Notes under the pieces: model-generated | The model's database searches: none | Seen by the model: the letters and a program-made list of their open reading frames with translations, nothing else | Told to the model about the DNA's origin: nothing | From: Asterionella formosa | Lineage: Eukaryota | DNA length: 64,000 nucleotides | NCBI GenBank assembly: GCA_002256025.1 | Contig: NKIB01012878.1 | Span: 1 to 64,000 of the forward strand | Direction: 5' to 3' | Position numbers and translations under genes: made by a program | Part shown: in pieces, positions 35,680-49,616 of the stretch | Layout: each line of letters opens with the position of its first letter | Numbering within the stretch: the stretch's first letter is position 1

Positions 35680-35990
35680 CATTACAAGGTGTCAGTGATT
35701 TCATATTCTTTTTCAAGAATACAAAGTATTTTTGTCCAATACAAGATTCACCTTGTATTGCCAATACAAGGTTCACCTTGTATTGGCTACAGGCCGGTGC
35801 ATCAAGTCTAATAAAAGGTAAAAACAACTTCAGGTATTGTTCCAATTCAAGGTGTTCCTTAATTTGGCAAGTAGATTTCACCAAATACGAGGTAATTCAA
35901 GGTCACCCGTTTATTGGGTTTTGGCTGTACTATGTCACATGCCTATACAAGGTCATAAGTCAAGAACTATTTTACTTGAAGGTCATTCAA
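35680..35990. repeat. Cluster of AATACAAGGT motifs including two adjacent ~25-bp hairpin units
   Basis: CAATACAAGATTCACCTTGTATTG (35737-35760) and CCAATACAAGGTTCACCTTGTATTGG (35761-35786), with partial copies nearby. Confidence 0.6.
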
Positions 35991-38900
35991 CTGGGGGCAT
36001 GACAAGCTGGCTGAGGCACACTTGTTACCATTCATGATTTGGGTTGACCTGATATACTATGGCAGTACCACAAAGAACAAATAAACAGATCACTTTCATA
36101 ATTACTACCACAACAGCATAACAGTTGTTACATGGTGTACATCTTATGATAGTTACATTTACATTGACCATTCCGCCAGCATGGTTCCATACTCCAGGTT
36201 ATCATGGAACAAAAGGAGCACTTATCGTGCGCAGCAGATACATAGGTACCATATTTGCACTATATTTTATCCCAACTTCGATTGCGTCTGAAGGATGGGC
36301 CTATGATGTGTATACTTTTGTCATTCATGATTGTGACTCTCATCGATATCACTTTCTGAAAAATAGGATGAAATGGATCGAAATTTGGAACTATATTTAA
36401 GAATGGTTCTATGTTTCTATATCGTGAGTGGCTACAGAATGTTCTACAATGCTCTCATCTCAATGATTGGTGCTTTCACTTCCACCTTCCCCCTGATCCA
36501 ATTCTGAAGGTTGTTGTAGTAGTACTGGTTGCCTTCTTACCCATTTTCCCCTGATTTCCTTCTACTCCTGACAGATCTGAGTTTGCATTCACGCATTTTC
36601 CCATTACTATTTAATCTGTTTCGTTGTCCTAATCATACTAGCAAAGAGAAGCAATTCATTGTTAGCTATTCATGTTTTGCTTACACAACAACATGCGTCA
36701 TTTTGTGTCTATCTTCACTTATCACAAATGGAGGAAGTAACTGATGCATATTTCTGTAAATAATGTGAGTGTCAGTTGAAGATTGAATAAGCAAGTATCG
36801 ATCAATAAATAGGCTCCAACGCATCTGCTGTTGTTTGTAACTTACTAATACTGTTTGTTTACCATTATCCTGAAAGAAAAAACACACATGTGTCAGTTTT
36901 CTAACAGTTGTGGATTGAATCACTTAAAGGGGATGAGTCATTCCGTATTTGTAATCCCAACAATTGATCATCCTGCCATTTGCTCTTGACGTGGTACCAT
37001 GCACAGCTTGTTGTTGATTCCGCCCTTCTCCATCATATTCACTCCTTCTTAGCCACATGGTGTATCATTGTGATGTATTGTCACTTCAGTTTTTCACATC
37101 ATGTGTTGCTTGAGATCCTTCATTTCAGGAAGTGTATGCATGACAAGGAACATGAAAGGCATTTGCTTGCTCTTGACTTATCATCAATTGATCCCACCCT
37201 TCTCCATAGTCACTCCTTCTAAGCCGCAAGTATCATTGTGTTGTATTATCACTTTCGTTTTCCGCATCATCATGTGTGATGATCCTTCATTTCGCTAAGG
37301 ACCAAAAAGTGTGCATGACAAGGAACATGAAAACATGATTTCAAATGTTTCAGCCATGAATAAATATATAAAAAGATTTTTAAGTTTAATTGTATATATA
37401 CTTGAACATTTGCATAGTTCAAAAAAGTTCATTCTATGGCACATCCTATGTATACTATCATCAATTTTGATTATACATAATTCAAAATTCATGATGAGCT
37501 AGTTCATAGTTTCCACGACCTTTTGAATTTTTTCATTTCGTTTTGTGTCGATTCTTTACCTACAAGTCAGTGGCTGATTTAATTAGTTCTAAGCCCCTTA
37601 ATAAACGGGAGTCATCACCAATTTTTCAAATGGTCTAAATTATACATTTTGACCATATACATGCGAAAAATTCATATGGCCTAGAACTGTATGCTTGCTG
37701 GCTGGTTGTGTATTACTTCTTCTATCATGGGAGTACCACAATAGTGCAGCGAAAAACTGAATATCCTCATGTGTTTCTTTAATTGATCATATTTCTAAGA
37801 TCAATTAATCCTGATTCCTGAAAAAAAAAATTGATCTTTCATTTTCTCATCAACGACACCATTTATCATATGATCAATATAGTATGATCAAAGGTATAGG
37901 ATAAACGAATCAAACTTTATACCAAAGTAGTTGCTCATGCATGCAACCCCTCCCCCCCTGTATACAGTACAGAAGTGATTACCCCCAAGCTATCGATTTT
38001 TTATGTCTTATAAGAATTATCGCAGCATGCATGCGTACATGACTCCTAATGGTCTACATAATGCGGAAATGATGATCACCAGACTACCAATCCTATAGGT
38101 CTTGTAGAATTATCGCAACATGGCTGCATATCTAATGAAATGGCGGGAGGAGTCAACCATGCACCTGCGTGATATGAAATATCAAATATACACAAGGAGC
38201 AGTGCATCATATATGCCCTGTTATTTGAATTCCTATGAAATCTCTTGATCTGTTCTGCGCTTTTTCGCCACAATTGTTTACATTGGCTGTTTCACTGGAC
38301 AGCATTCAAATTGATTGTGCTTTGAGCAAAGCAATGATCAAAGTCCACCCCATTGCAGAATGGTGAGTCTCAAAACTATGTACTATCAGCCAGGCAATTA
38401 AAATGGGATCATTTTTTGTGCATCCTTGTTGCATTTTACATCGACTTGGCAATTGTCAGCCAAGAGCAGCCATGGTATGCCTCTACTTATTGTCTGTACG
38501 AATTTTTGAATGAGTTCAGTTATGAGAACTCTTGCTCCTAAACACTATCTCACCACCCTTGTCATAGATTTTTCTTTATCCTTTGGCTGCACAGGCCCAG
38601 GTTACTCAATGCCTTCATCTGCAACTTCATCAGCCAAGTATGTTGGCGTCAAGAAAACAACCTCAACCCCAATTTTCTCACATGCTCCGCCCATCGACTT
38701 ATTCATTGATGAAGTGGAGGTAGCTATATTGATGTCAGGTGGCGCAGGCTTGTGTATAGCTAGATTGATGATGCCGAAAGCATTCCTTCCTTTTCCGGTA
38801 GGTACCTATTTGTCGACATTGTTTGGGTCAATCCATTCTTTGTCCGGCAAGATTGTCCTAATGTTTGCAGAGCATTTTTAGTTCCCTTTTGCTTTTTCCA

Positions 38901-40175
38901 CTGGTTTTGATCTCTTTGGCATTCAAGTCAAGAAACAAGCAACTCATTGAGATTTCTGGAGGTTTTGATCAGTGGCACCATAAAGCAACAATCAACAGAT
39001 CATGGCGGCTGTTCTCCATTTTCTGTAGCAAGTGACATCCAAGAAGGGTCTGGGATCATTAAGGAGAAAAATTAGTAGGATTCTCTGTGTTTGCCCCCAC
39101 CTGTTTGGCATTCTACCATTGCTTCCTATCAATCAATAACAGTAAAATTGAAAACCGTAATTAGATGAAATGTGACTTCTGGTTTCTAATGTTTAAATGG
39201 TTGCACTGCTGAAACTTGAATCCATAAATGGGCATTCAACTTGTGCTTTTTGCATTTTTGCAGTATAGACTGGCTGGTGGGTGATAGGCCAAAGTGTCTG
39301 GCTTTTCATGAACATCTATAAAGTAGTGCTTTTGTTGAGGTTTGTGTCTAAATCCAACTGCTGCCATCCATTGAACCATTCCAGATACGTCAAAGAATAT
39401 GCTCCTGTCATCAAAGGTAAGGAACTACTGTAGTAAGATGACCAAGGAACGGCTAAGACAATCACCTTTCGCGAAAGATGGTTGGAGACTCACTTACGCT
39501 AACAAAACTAGGGAAACACAGACTTGCTGGCAGGCTGTGCTATGAATTTCCACATGTAACTCTGTGATCTTAGAAAGTTATAAGTGAGTTTCAATTTTTA
39601 GTAGAAGCCTCATAGCTAAAAAATGGATTCCAATTCATTTAGCTCCTTTATCTTCTTCTACATACTATATAGCTAGTAAAATAATATTTGATATTTTAGT
39701 AGTAGTAGTAACATCAAGACCCTTGTGTAGCTTGACTACCAGTACTGCTGGTAGGCCACCACATCATTGTTGATTTACATGTAATGGCAACCAAAGCATC
39801 CATCATGTCCACCATAGTAGTAGTATGGGCTGCACCAGATGATGGACTAATAATGCAACATCAAAAGAGTGATGTAATATCTATAATTGCTAGTGGATTA
39901 GAGAAAACCCTAATGTGGCTAGCTTGTATTTAGCTGAATATAAGATGAATAACTAACTCCAAATCTCATTTAACAGTACATATTCGACAAGCATGCCTGC
40001 ATACTCAGGATGGAGCTGGTATTCTTAGAATTTAAATTAAGGAAAGTTTTGATAGCAAAATGTGTTTTCTGCATCATTGGCTCAGAGCAATACTTTCAAC
40101 TGTTTGATTTTTTTAAGATACATATTTTCAAAACTGAAGTAGCATTCAAAAGAGGATATTCTTATCTGGAAGAAA

Positions 40176-43100
40176 TTAAATGTCTGTAGGAATTATGCCA
40201 GTGACACTATTGTTTGTCATGTTTGGATGATGTGAGCTTGTCAATAGTCCAATTTCTGTGGGAATTTCGCCTGTAAAACTATTGCTGTTCAGGTCCAAGT
40301 AAGAAAGGTCAGTCAATAGTCCAATAAATGTGGGAATTTTGCCTGTGAAACTATTGCTGTTCAGGGACAACCAAAAAAGGTCAGTCAATAGTCCAATAAA
40401 TGTCGGAACACTTCCAGTAAAATTATTACTGCTCAGGGACAACCAATGCAAGTTTGTTCCAAGTTCCATGGGAAATTCGCCTGTGAAACTATTGCTGCTC
40501 AGATCCAAATGGGAAAGGTCAGTCAGTAGTCCAATTTCAGTTGGAACTGTTCCAGTGAAATTATTTCTGCTCAGCGACAACCAATACAAGGAGGTAAAGT
40601 GACCAATATCCGCAAAGAGGCTGCCATTGAAAGAATTCTTGTCCAAACTAATGAATTCGAGTTCTGTCAAGAGGCCCATCTCTGAAGGAAGCTGGCCACT
40701 GAATGCATTGCTGAATATTTCGAACTCAATGAGGCCTGTCATGAATCCAATATTGGTAGGAATTGGCCCAAGGAATAAATTTTTGCCAGCAAAGAAATAA
40801 ACCAAGCTTGTAAGGGATCCTATTTCAATGGGTAGAGTGCCTGTTAAATAATTACTGTTCAAATCCAAATACAGGAGGTTTGACAAATTTCCCAATGCTG
40901 TTGCAAGGGTTTTTGTCAAAGAATTATTGCTCAGATCCAAAAATAAAAGGTTAGTCAAGAGTCCAATCTCAGTCGGAAGGGTATGGCTAAAACCATTCTT
41001 GTTCAAGTACATATCTGTGAGGCTTGTCATTAGTCCCAATGTAGAGGGAAGTAAACCAGTGAATTGATTGTCTTCCACATCCAGATACAATAGATTGGTC
41101 AAGTTTCCAATCGCTGCTGGAAGGGTACCAGAGAAAGCATTGCTAGGCAATGACAAGAATTGAAGATTTGAAAGGAGTCCGATCTCAGTGGGAAGTAAAC
41201 CAGTTAAATTATTTGCATCTGCAAAAATTTTAGAAGTGTTTGTCAATACTCCAAGTTCGCTGGGAAGTGTACCATTGAATTGGTTGTCGTCAATATATAA
41301 TGTCAAAAGATTGTTCAAGAATGCAATTTTGGTTGAAATGGTTCCCATGAAACGGTTGCCACCTATGTCCAGGTGGACAAGGCTTGTCATGATGCCAAAT
41401 GGAAATGTCCCTGAAAACGAATTGCGATATAGATTCAATTGTGACAGGGTTAATGAACCAATCTCTCTCGGAAGTTGGCCTGTTAATAGAGTGTATGACA
41501 AAGAAAGCTGTTGGAGACTCGATAAAAGTCCAATCTCAGTCGGAAGAATTCCCTCGAGCATACATGGAGTATTCGTGTCATTGAAGGATTCAATGTTACA
41601 TCCCACTTGAAAGGTAATAAGACTCGTTAAGAGACCAATCTCTGTGGGAATTGATCCTCTTATTTCATTGTCTATCAAGTCAAGAACTGTGAGACTCGTC
41701 AAATTCCAAAATTCAGAAGGGATGGTTCCAGTGAAGAAATTTCCACCAACAATCAATGTTTGCAATTGAGTAAGATATGCAATTTCAGTTGGGAATGCAC
41801 CAGAGAATATATTTTCGCCCAAATCCATGTAAGTAAGGCTACTCATGAGCCCTAGCTCAGTAGGAAGTGTACCAGAGATATCATTCCCTCCAAGATCCAA
41901 ATATTCTGGGAAAGAAACAAGAAGGAAAATTACAGGTAGGTTAATATTGTTGTTGTTTTGTTGGAGTTGTCGTGCATAATGTCCCAACAATTCAAACCTA
42001 TACTCACGAAGATTCTGCAAATTTCCCATCTCTGATCCAATTTTACCGGATAAGATAATGTTACTGCTAAGATCCAAGGATGCTATAAGTAAACAATAAA
42101 AGCAAGAAAGGAAGTAAGTATTGACATAGTCAGCCATGTGAAATATCAATATTTTCTTTCATTGGGCTTACTTAGATTTCGCATGTTACCTATTCCTGGA
42201 GGGAGGTAAAGGAGATTATTGAATGATACGATCAAACTTTCTGTGAATATTATGGAGACAAGTTAGTAGAGTCACATCCATCATTGATAACCAAAAATAA
42301 TAGAAGACATAATATATATTGTAGATACCTAATCTTGACATTTGGCCCAAACTTGATGGCAGCTCACTGATGACATTGTTGCTAACATCAAAAGTCCCTA
42401 ATTTTTGAATGGAATGGAATAGCGAAGAGATCAATAATAATGTCAGTTTTGCGAATAAAAAATAATTACAAATACACGGATAAAATATAAAAAAAGAGAA
42501 TGAAACATTTTCTTACTCAAACTTGGGTCGAGAGCTGCAAGTTCTGGCGGAATCATCCCAACCAGACCAAATCCACTTAGTTGCAGCTCCACAACGTCTT
42601 TTCCACTACATGCCACCCCAAGCCAATTGCAAAAGTTGTATTCTTTATTCCATGAATCCTTTTGTAGCCATTCTGTTGTAGGTTGCACGTTGGAGTACTC
42701 CTCATCTGTAGTATTCCATGAAGCACCAAAGGTTTCATAATACAAGGTTACCAAAACATGGTATTGTACCAATTTATAGTCAAACGCTGTATGATCGGTT
42801 TGTGATAGTATCTCTTTTTCCACCCATGTCATTGCCTTTTCTTGTGAGGAACCAACAGTAGCTAGTGCCATGCCATTGTCAAACGAATTCTCAACCAAGA
42901 AGCCAAATAATGTAGTGGAGGGACTAGCAGATGGATTCCAAGAAGGAGCCAGTGATGGGACACTTGATAGGGTAGGAGAGAATGTGACAGGCAATTTCGG
43001 TTTTGGGCGGGTGAATACGACAGCCATAGCAATGCCTGCAGCCACTATGCTAGTCACTAGCCCTGACAGTAGCATTGCCACCAGTCGACGTTGGCGGTGG

Positions 43101-43687
43101 ACCCTTTCTTCTGATTCCTTATCAAAAATAGTTGCATTGGCAATTGTGGTGTTATGATTTGTGTCATAATCGTCGACCAGGGTAGCATGGAACAGTAGGT
43201 CAGCTTCTGGTTTGGATGAGGCGAGTGACGATAGCCTGGAGGATCCGTGGCTAAGACCAATTGTTGAATTATAATTGTCATTTGGGTTCCTTATTGGGCC
43301 ATTTGCTCCTCTCCCTCCTACTGCAATGGCTCCAGGACGAGTTGGTTGTTGTTGCAATCGGCGTGCTGGTGCTCTAGTTAGTTGAGTTGGTACAATATTC
43401 TGAAGGTCAGTGCATTCGTCTTGTTCTTCCACTTTTTCTTCATCAAAGTAGCAATTTGTGGTCAGTTGAGCCTTGCTGATGATTGCATTATCATTTTCCG
43501 CTTTTGCCTCTTCTCCTGTTGACAAATCAAGCACAACATCAGTAGGGAGCTGCACAACGTTCCCATCAAAATAGATTCCTTCGTCGTCGCCATAATGGTC
43601 ATCTCCTTCTTTGTTTTCGCTTTCGTTTTCTTGTCGATCACTCTTGTTGTCGTTGTCGTTGGTTTTATTCTTCGCATTGGATGGCAT
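40176..43687 (-). CDS. Membrane-anchored leucine-rich repeat protein (diatom LRR family); 5 exons (43687-42517, 42397-42329, 42240-42172, 42082-42008, 41905-40176)
   Basis: Acidic N-terminus with PGAIAV, a TM helix (LVAMLLSGLVTSIVAAGIAMAVVF), a PT/PS-rich stalk, YYETFGASW...FCNWLGVAC cap and >20 plant-type LxxLxLxxNxFxGxIPTEIG repeats. Four GT-AG introns were found. Confidence 0.85.
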
Positions 43688-44450
43688 TGTGCAAACGGGA
43701 GGCAGTTATATAGTCTCGTCTCTATAGTGTGAAAGGACGTAGTGTCAGTTCGCTCCTTGAAGCGTTCATGGTGTGGTAAATACATGCTGTGTGTTGGCGG
43801 AGATGTTGAGGTGCGCCTTCCTTGCGTTTCTGTTTCTGTCAAGAATTTACGGTATACCGTATTATATCAGTAGGCAGGACATAAATACGGTATACTTTTT
43901 ATGCTGTTACATGTATGTTGAATAAATATACCGGTATACTGGTTTACACTTATATTGTGAGTGCAGTAGAGGAAAATGCTCAACATTTGTTGAAATATAT
44001 GGGGCCTCTTCTAGCGCGCTCCACTATCTTACTGCCCTGGAATGACCGGCCAAGATCTTTCTCGGGTCGCTCGTCTGAATATTGTTTTGCTATATAAACA
44101 ATCCTTTCTATTTCCGTTTATGTAGACATTCCTCAGACTACATCTAGTCTTCGGACACCTGTCGACATCAACAGCCTAACAGACACACTCTGACAAACAT
44201 TATCATACATATTGCTCCGAGTACTACAGTACTGGTACCAGGTACATGGTAAAAAATTCTCAATCCAGGTACCGGTACGTTTCCTAGCAGTACCAGGTAA
44301 TCAAAATCCACTCTCTGCTGCTCCTTCGACTCCGGATCCGATTGTTGTCAATAAACAATTTGCCATCGAACAGTCACCTTTCCATTGTCTCCACTCAAAA
44401 AACACAAATAAGAAATCACAAAATTGCTCTGCACCATTATACATAACATC

Positions 44451-44840
44451 ATGTCTCCAGGAATAACAACAAGTGCTCCTCGATTCGCTCGAGCCATTCT
44501 CATGGTGCGAGGTTCCAACGGTATCCACAAGGCAATCGAGTTTTATCACAAGGCATTGGGATTGGCTGTCCTGCGACATACGGAGGAATGGGCTGAATTG
44601 ACTTGTGGGAAAGGTGTGTGTTTGAATTTACAAGCCGTGTCGAATGAATCACAACTAAGTGTAGGATATTCTCCCATTCTATCTTTTGATGTGGATAATA
44701 TGGATCAAACGATCAGTGCGTGTGCTCAAATGGGAGCACATTTGGACGGACCCATACAATATCCAGCGCATGGCAAAGTCGCTGCCATGAGGACACCTGA
44801 TGGACATATGATTGGTCTTTATGAACCATCGGGATTGTGA
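44451..44840 (+). CDS. Glyoxalase/bleomycin-resistance (VOC) family protein
   Basis: AIEFYHKALGL, LSFDVDNMD and GAHLDGPIQYPAHGKVAAMRTPDGHMIGLYEP. Confidence 0.9.
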   Translation: MSPGITTSAPRFARAILMVRGSNGIHKAIEFYHKALGLAVLRHTEEWAELTCGKGVCLNLQAVSNESQLSVGYSPILSFDVDNMDQTISACAQMGAHLDGPIQYPAHGKVAAMRTPDGHMIGLYEPSGL

Positions 44841-45361
44841 GTGACTCTACTTTCACTTTTTTGGTGGATTTATTGCCGGTAGTCAGGGGCAACGCAAGTG
44901 CCCCTGCTGAATGAGTGTCAATGGCATTGAATCATGAACATGTTGGATCACATCCTTTCACGTCACGCTCAACCAAGTGGATCCATGGAATTCCAGATGG
45001 GTATTGTAATGTCCGTTTGTCGGAACGGGCCGCAACATGCTTCAACAACATACAAGATGCAAATACTCAAGCATGTCAGTGCTAGTTAGGGAAACTTGAA
45101 CTTGCAGACAGAACTGCTGAATTCAGAGAATGCTATGTTAAAAAAAACCAAAAAAAATATGTAATCAATGAAATGATGAATTTCGTTTTATGTAGTGCTT
45201 CCCCACCAACAAAGGAACGATCTCCACGCAAGAATTCTATTCTTTCTTCTGCGGATACCAGCGTCGCAGTTCTCGGCCAGGGAGCAAATGGTAGCGTGTA
45301 TTTGCTGGGTTGCCTTTTTCCCTTTATAAGCATTCCTTGAACTGGTGCCAATTTGTCTAAA

Positions 45362-47638
45362 TCACTTCCGATGACCTCGTGGCCGTGGCCGCTTACAGGG
45401 CAAAATTACTTGCTGAAGGACAACACAGGAATTTCGTTGCGAATTCGCCTTCCGAGGCACAGCCGTGCCGTCAACCCTCGGGTCGTCCGTTGTATTACTT
45501 GGTTCGCTGTCTTTGCCATCTACCGTTGGCTCGCCAGTTGCATTAATTGGTTCATCGCCTTTGCCATCTACTAACCCTTCTGTTATATGAATTGGTTCAA
45601 CTTCCTTGTCATCCATTGTTGAATCTTCTTTTTTATGAATTGGTTCGTCATTCTTGTCACCTACCGCTGGCCTTTGAAATATATTGGATGATTCGTCATC
45701 CTTGCTCATCTCGTTTGTAGGAGTAACTTGTGCATCACTCTTAACAGTAGAGCTGATCTCGAAGAGAGGCTCCTCCACAGAATTATCTTCTGTAATATGA
45801 ATTCGTTCGTCATTGCTGCCAGCTACCGTTGGCTTTTCAACTATATAGAATGAGTCCTCATCCTTGCTCATCTCGTTTGCTGGAACAACTTGTTCTTCAC
45901 TCTCAACAGCAGGGCTGATCTCTGAACCATGCCCTTCCATAGAGGTAAATGATGGAAGATCGCCTTTCCTTACGAGCTCAATAGTTAGGTCCATTCCTTG
46001 CCGCCGCCTATCCCAAGTGTTGACTTTGTGCAAGAATTCTGAAGTGCAGAACCGCAAATCAACAGTCTCGACACCATAGGCAAACCGCAGAGCTACAAAA
46101 AAGCTGGCAGTTTGCCGACAATCGGGATCGGACATTCCTAGGCCGAGGTACTGTCCTTTCTGATCAAAACGTTGATAAAAGAACTTAGCAAAGGGAAAGA
46201 CGTGCACGCCATACTCTGGTGCTTCCATTCCAGCAATAAGTAGTCGTAGCCGAGATTCGCAAAACCGAAACCATTCCACAAAAGAACTGTTATTGTCCGC
46301 GGAGATATTAACTTGCAAAAAGTGAATGTGCTGATTAAAGAAATCGTTTCCATGAAATAACGCATCCCACGTTTGTTGTCCCTCTTCAATCTGATGCACG
46401 ATCAAGGAAGCGGCGGAAAATTCCAATTGCATCCGACGCAATTGTGGTACACCGACATTGTAGGATGAATTCATCCCCGGATAACAGGGTGTGAGGATTG
46501 GCATGATACATTGTGCATCACGCACATTTGTTTTGGCGTTCCAGACCGCCATGGGCAACACTGGATCAAGGAGAGGAGAGGAAACACAGGTGAGATATGA
46601 TTCTGAATTTCAAAACAATCAACAGCAATGAAAAAACTAACCTCCTGGTGGAGGTTGATGCCAAGGTGGTCGCAACATGACCGGCAGAGGCCATTTCCAT
46701 TCCGCAAAAGTATGGAAAAAGGCCTTAAGCAAGGTTGCCGAAGGAGTCGTCGGTAAATGTCGTTTGCAAATCAAAGCAACAAGTATCGCCCAGTTGATTC
46801 CTCCAAGAAAGCCCAAGACATTGCTGTACAAGCCATGAACCAGAGCCCACTCCTTGACAGCTCGAAGTGTCGTTCGAAAGTTTTCTATATTGGGTACTAG
46901 GGAGAGTATCGATTGCGCAACTCTAGCACCGTTGAGTGATCGGACGCTTGCTTCGTCCAAACCAATGAGATCCGAATCTTCAATATGGTATTCAATCCGC
47001 TTTCCATCCATCATGGACTGGTGCAGAGAGAGTCTTGTTCCATCCTCGAGACGTGCAAACAAAAGATCAATGTGTATTCCCTCAAAAACAAATTTAATCA
47101 CAGGAGTGTATGCTGACGCAATTGCATGCACTTGGCTCACTCTGTCATCCTCGTTCAATTGCTTGACGAGAGACGAAAAGAACTCACCCCTGGATGCATT
47201 CGGGGGAGAGAGGCATAAGCAATCTAGGTCCGCGTCTTTTCGATAGGCTCCGAGTCTATATGACCCGAATGGAATCAAGCACACTTTCGGTCTCGTCCAC
47301 TTCTTGTTGGTTTCAGCAGTCATATTCTTGTGCTGGAAGGTGCGAATCGAAGTAGCCCATCGATTCAAAAGTGCTTCTAGCCCTTCCAATGCTCTCAATC
47401 GCAATGCATCGTCATCTTCTAAAGGTTGATTCCCTTGAGATTTCAAACAAGATTCAAGGGCGCTGCTCTGTTGCTGATCGTCTTTGAACGTTGTGTGCTT
47501 TGAATTTGCAGTGTTGGTGCGCCGTCTTCGACCACTTTGGGGCTTGCCCTGTCCATATTGCTGCTTTGGTCGCTGGTGATATTGATGTGTTGGTTGCTGT
47601 CCTTGGGCAGCATCGACAGCGGTGACACAACCGGCCAT
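45362..47638 (-). CDS. Canonical poly(A) polymerase; 2 exons (47638-46642, 46560-45362)
   Basis: FGSYRLG...DADLD nucleotidyltransferase motif, IDLLFARL, RSLNGARV, YSNVLGFLGG, MPILTPCYPGMNSSYNV and ESRLRLL. GTTAG...CAG intron at 46641-46561. Confidence 0.95.
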
Positions 47639-49501
47639 GGTGTCTAGAATACGATGGATCTCTAAAAGTAATTTTGAGGCTCCAGGGAGTATACCGGTAC
47701 ATATAATTTGGAATTGCAAATTTTTGTGATGCGCCTATGGGGATCGTCCAGATTCGGTCTTACAAATAATAAAAATAATATACATACGAAGATGAAGGAA
47801 TACACATACATATCCTAAAAATGATACTGGTATTGTAGACAGCGTACCGACTGTCGTAGCCAATAATCAAAGGAAGCATAGATAGCGTATAAAAGATTCT
47901 TTGGTGGTACATACGGGCAAGTGATCCCAAGTCCCAAGTACAGATACAGGTTGTATGCTGAGGAGCGATGCCATACGGTTAAAATACGGAGTACCGGTAG
48001 GATGTCTACGTGGTCTTGTATAGGATATGTCACAGAGACGAGCGAGGCTTCGAAACCAGAACCGCCGTTGGCTGAAACACGACACCGCCTCGCATGCCGT
48101 AACGATGTTTTCTTGATTCACTTTTCTTGATTTATGATATACATACTAGCAGCTATGTTTGGGAGTAGTTGACATACCGGGACTTGGTAAATCCCGGCAT
48201 ATACCAGTAGTATAACTGGTGCTGCACAAGACACGAGTATATGAATAAATAGGCAACCACTGTCCGTTGCAGATGTGTAGATAATTTGCGCTATATGTGA
48301 TCGCCAGAAACCGAAAAGCCGGTAGACGAGAGCTAAAAGAATGAACCAATGGGCGTTCATAGCATTTTACCGGTTTATGTCTTACGGGATTACAACTACC
48401 TTGTACGTGGCAGGTACTATCTGATGCTCCTTACTTTACAAGGACGCCACATCACACACACCACATCATCCTCTCACGACCATTCATCGCTCCTATCTAA
48501 TTCTCATCTTGAAATAATACAGTAATTATCAAACTTACAGATTATACCGATACACAGCAATATTCTCGGTAATGAACCTGTCGTTGTGGTACCAGGTACC
48601 AGGTACCGTTGTACCTGGTGGTACACCTCTGGTTGAAAAAAATTGTGGTGATTGTAAAAATTTCTCCGGCGCAATTTTGATTCCAACGATTTTCTCCGGC
48701 TCAATTGCCCTAATGTGCGCAATCGCATAAGCTACAGATCCATATACCGGGAACGTAGTCGTAAAAAATTAAACTCTAGTACTAGTGGTTTACTAGTACT
48801 CCAGTACAGTGCACAAAGCTATTCTTAGCGACAATACCGGTTGTGGTACAAGGTACAAGGTACCAGTACCTAGTACCGGCGCCCATTTGCTCGTTTCGAC
48901 TGGTTACCAGGGTACCAGGTACCGTACCAGGTTACGTGTATGCGGGAATAGACCATTTTATGTATTTAGAGTACCTAGTACTTGATATGGAGTCACCACG
49001 AGTACATATACTATAGCACTATATAACAGTAAATAAAGGACCAAGTCTTTTATTATAGGGTTGTGTGTATATGTCTAATATACATAAACCCGAAATGAAG
49101 TGAAAACAATCAATATATAGCAAATGAAAAATAGTGAAAAAATAATGTAGCTACAGTTGTATGAAATCATGCATCTGTGTAATAATAACCTAAACACATA
49201 CTAGCTGTGTATGACCACCAGTGTGATGATCAACAGATATCCTCAATTGATTGGCAATCTACTAATCTGTGGCACTGCTCTATCGGGAATATATACCTCA
49301 TACATTTTGTCAATTTGCAATGTGGTAGTGAAAAAACGCAGCTCAAAGTAGGGCAGTCATCATATCCCACACAACGCTTTGCCAGGCAACAATACTCCAC
49401 CTTTCTAACTATATCCTGCTCAACCCTTGTAAAATTTTCAGCCACCTTACAAACCTAATTCCAACTTTTTGCATTGCTACCAAAGAACAAATAGTTTTTG
49501 T

Positions 49502-49616
49502 TGTAACAGAAAGACTACAATCCTGACAGAATTGCTTCCTCTCTCCTACCTCTTTGGTGTAACAGAAAGACTACAATGCTGAGCGACAGAATTGCTTCCT
49601 CCCTCCTACCTCTTTG
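49502..49616. repeat. ~56-60-bp tandem duplication
   Basis: TGTAACAGAAAGACTACAAT...GACAGAATTGCTTCCTC.CTCCTACCTCTTTG occurs twice in tandem. Confidence 0.85.

Noticed and set aside
37900..39500. Possible Mutator-like transposase remnant on the minus strand
   Set aside because: Only vague protein-like fragments; no DDE or SWIM motif can be supported.
44886..44906. GC-rich hairpin with a GCAA tetraloop after the glyoxalase gene
   Set aside because: Short and isolated. Rho-independent terminators do not apply here, and no Helitron CTRR end or ncRNA context is visible.
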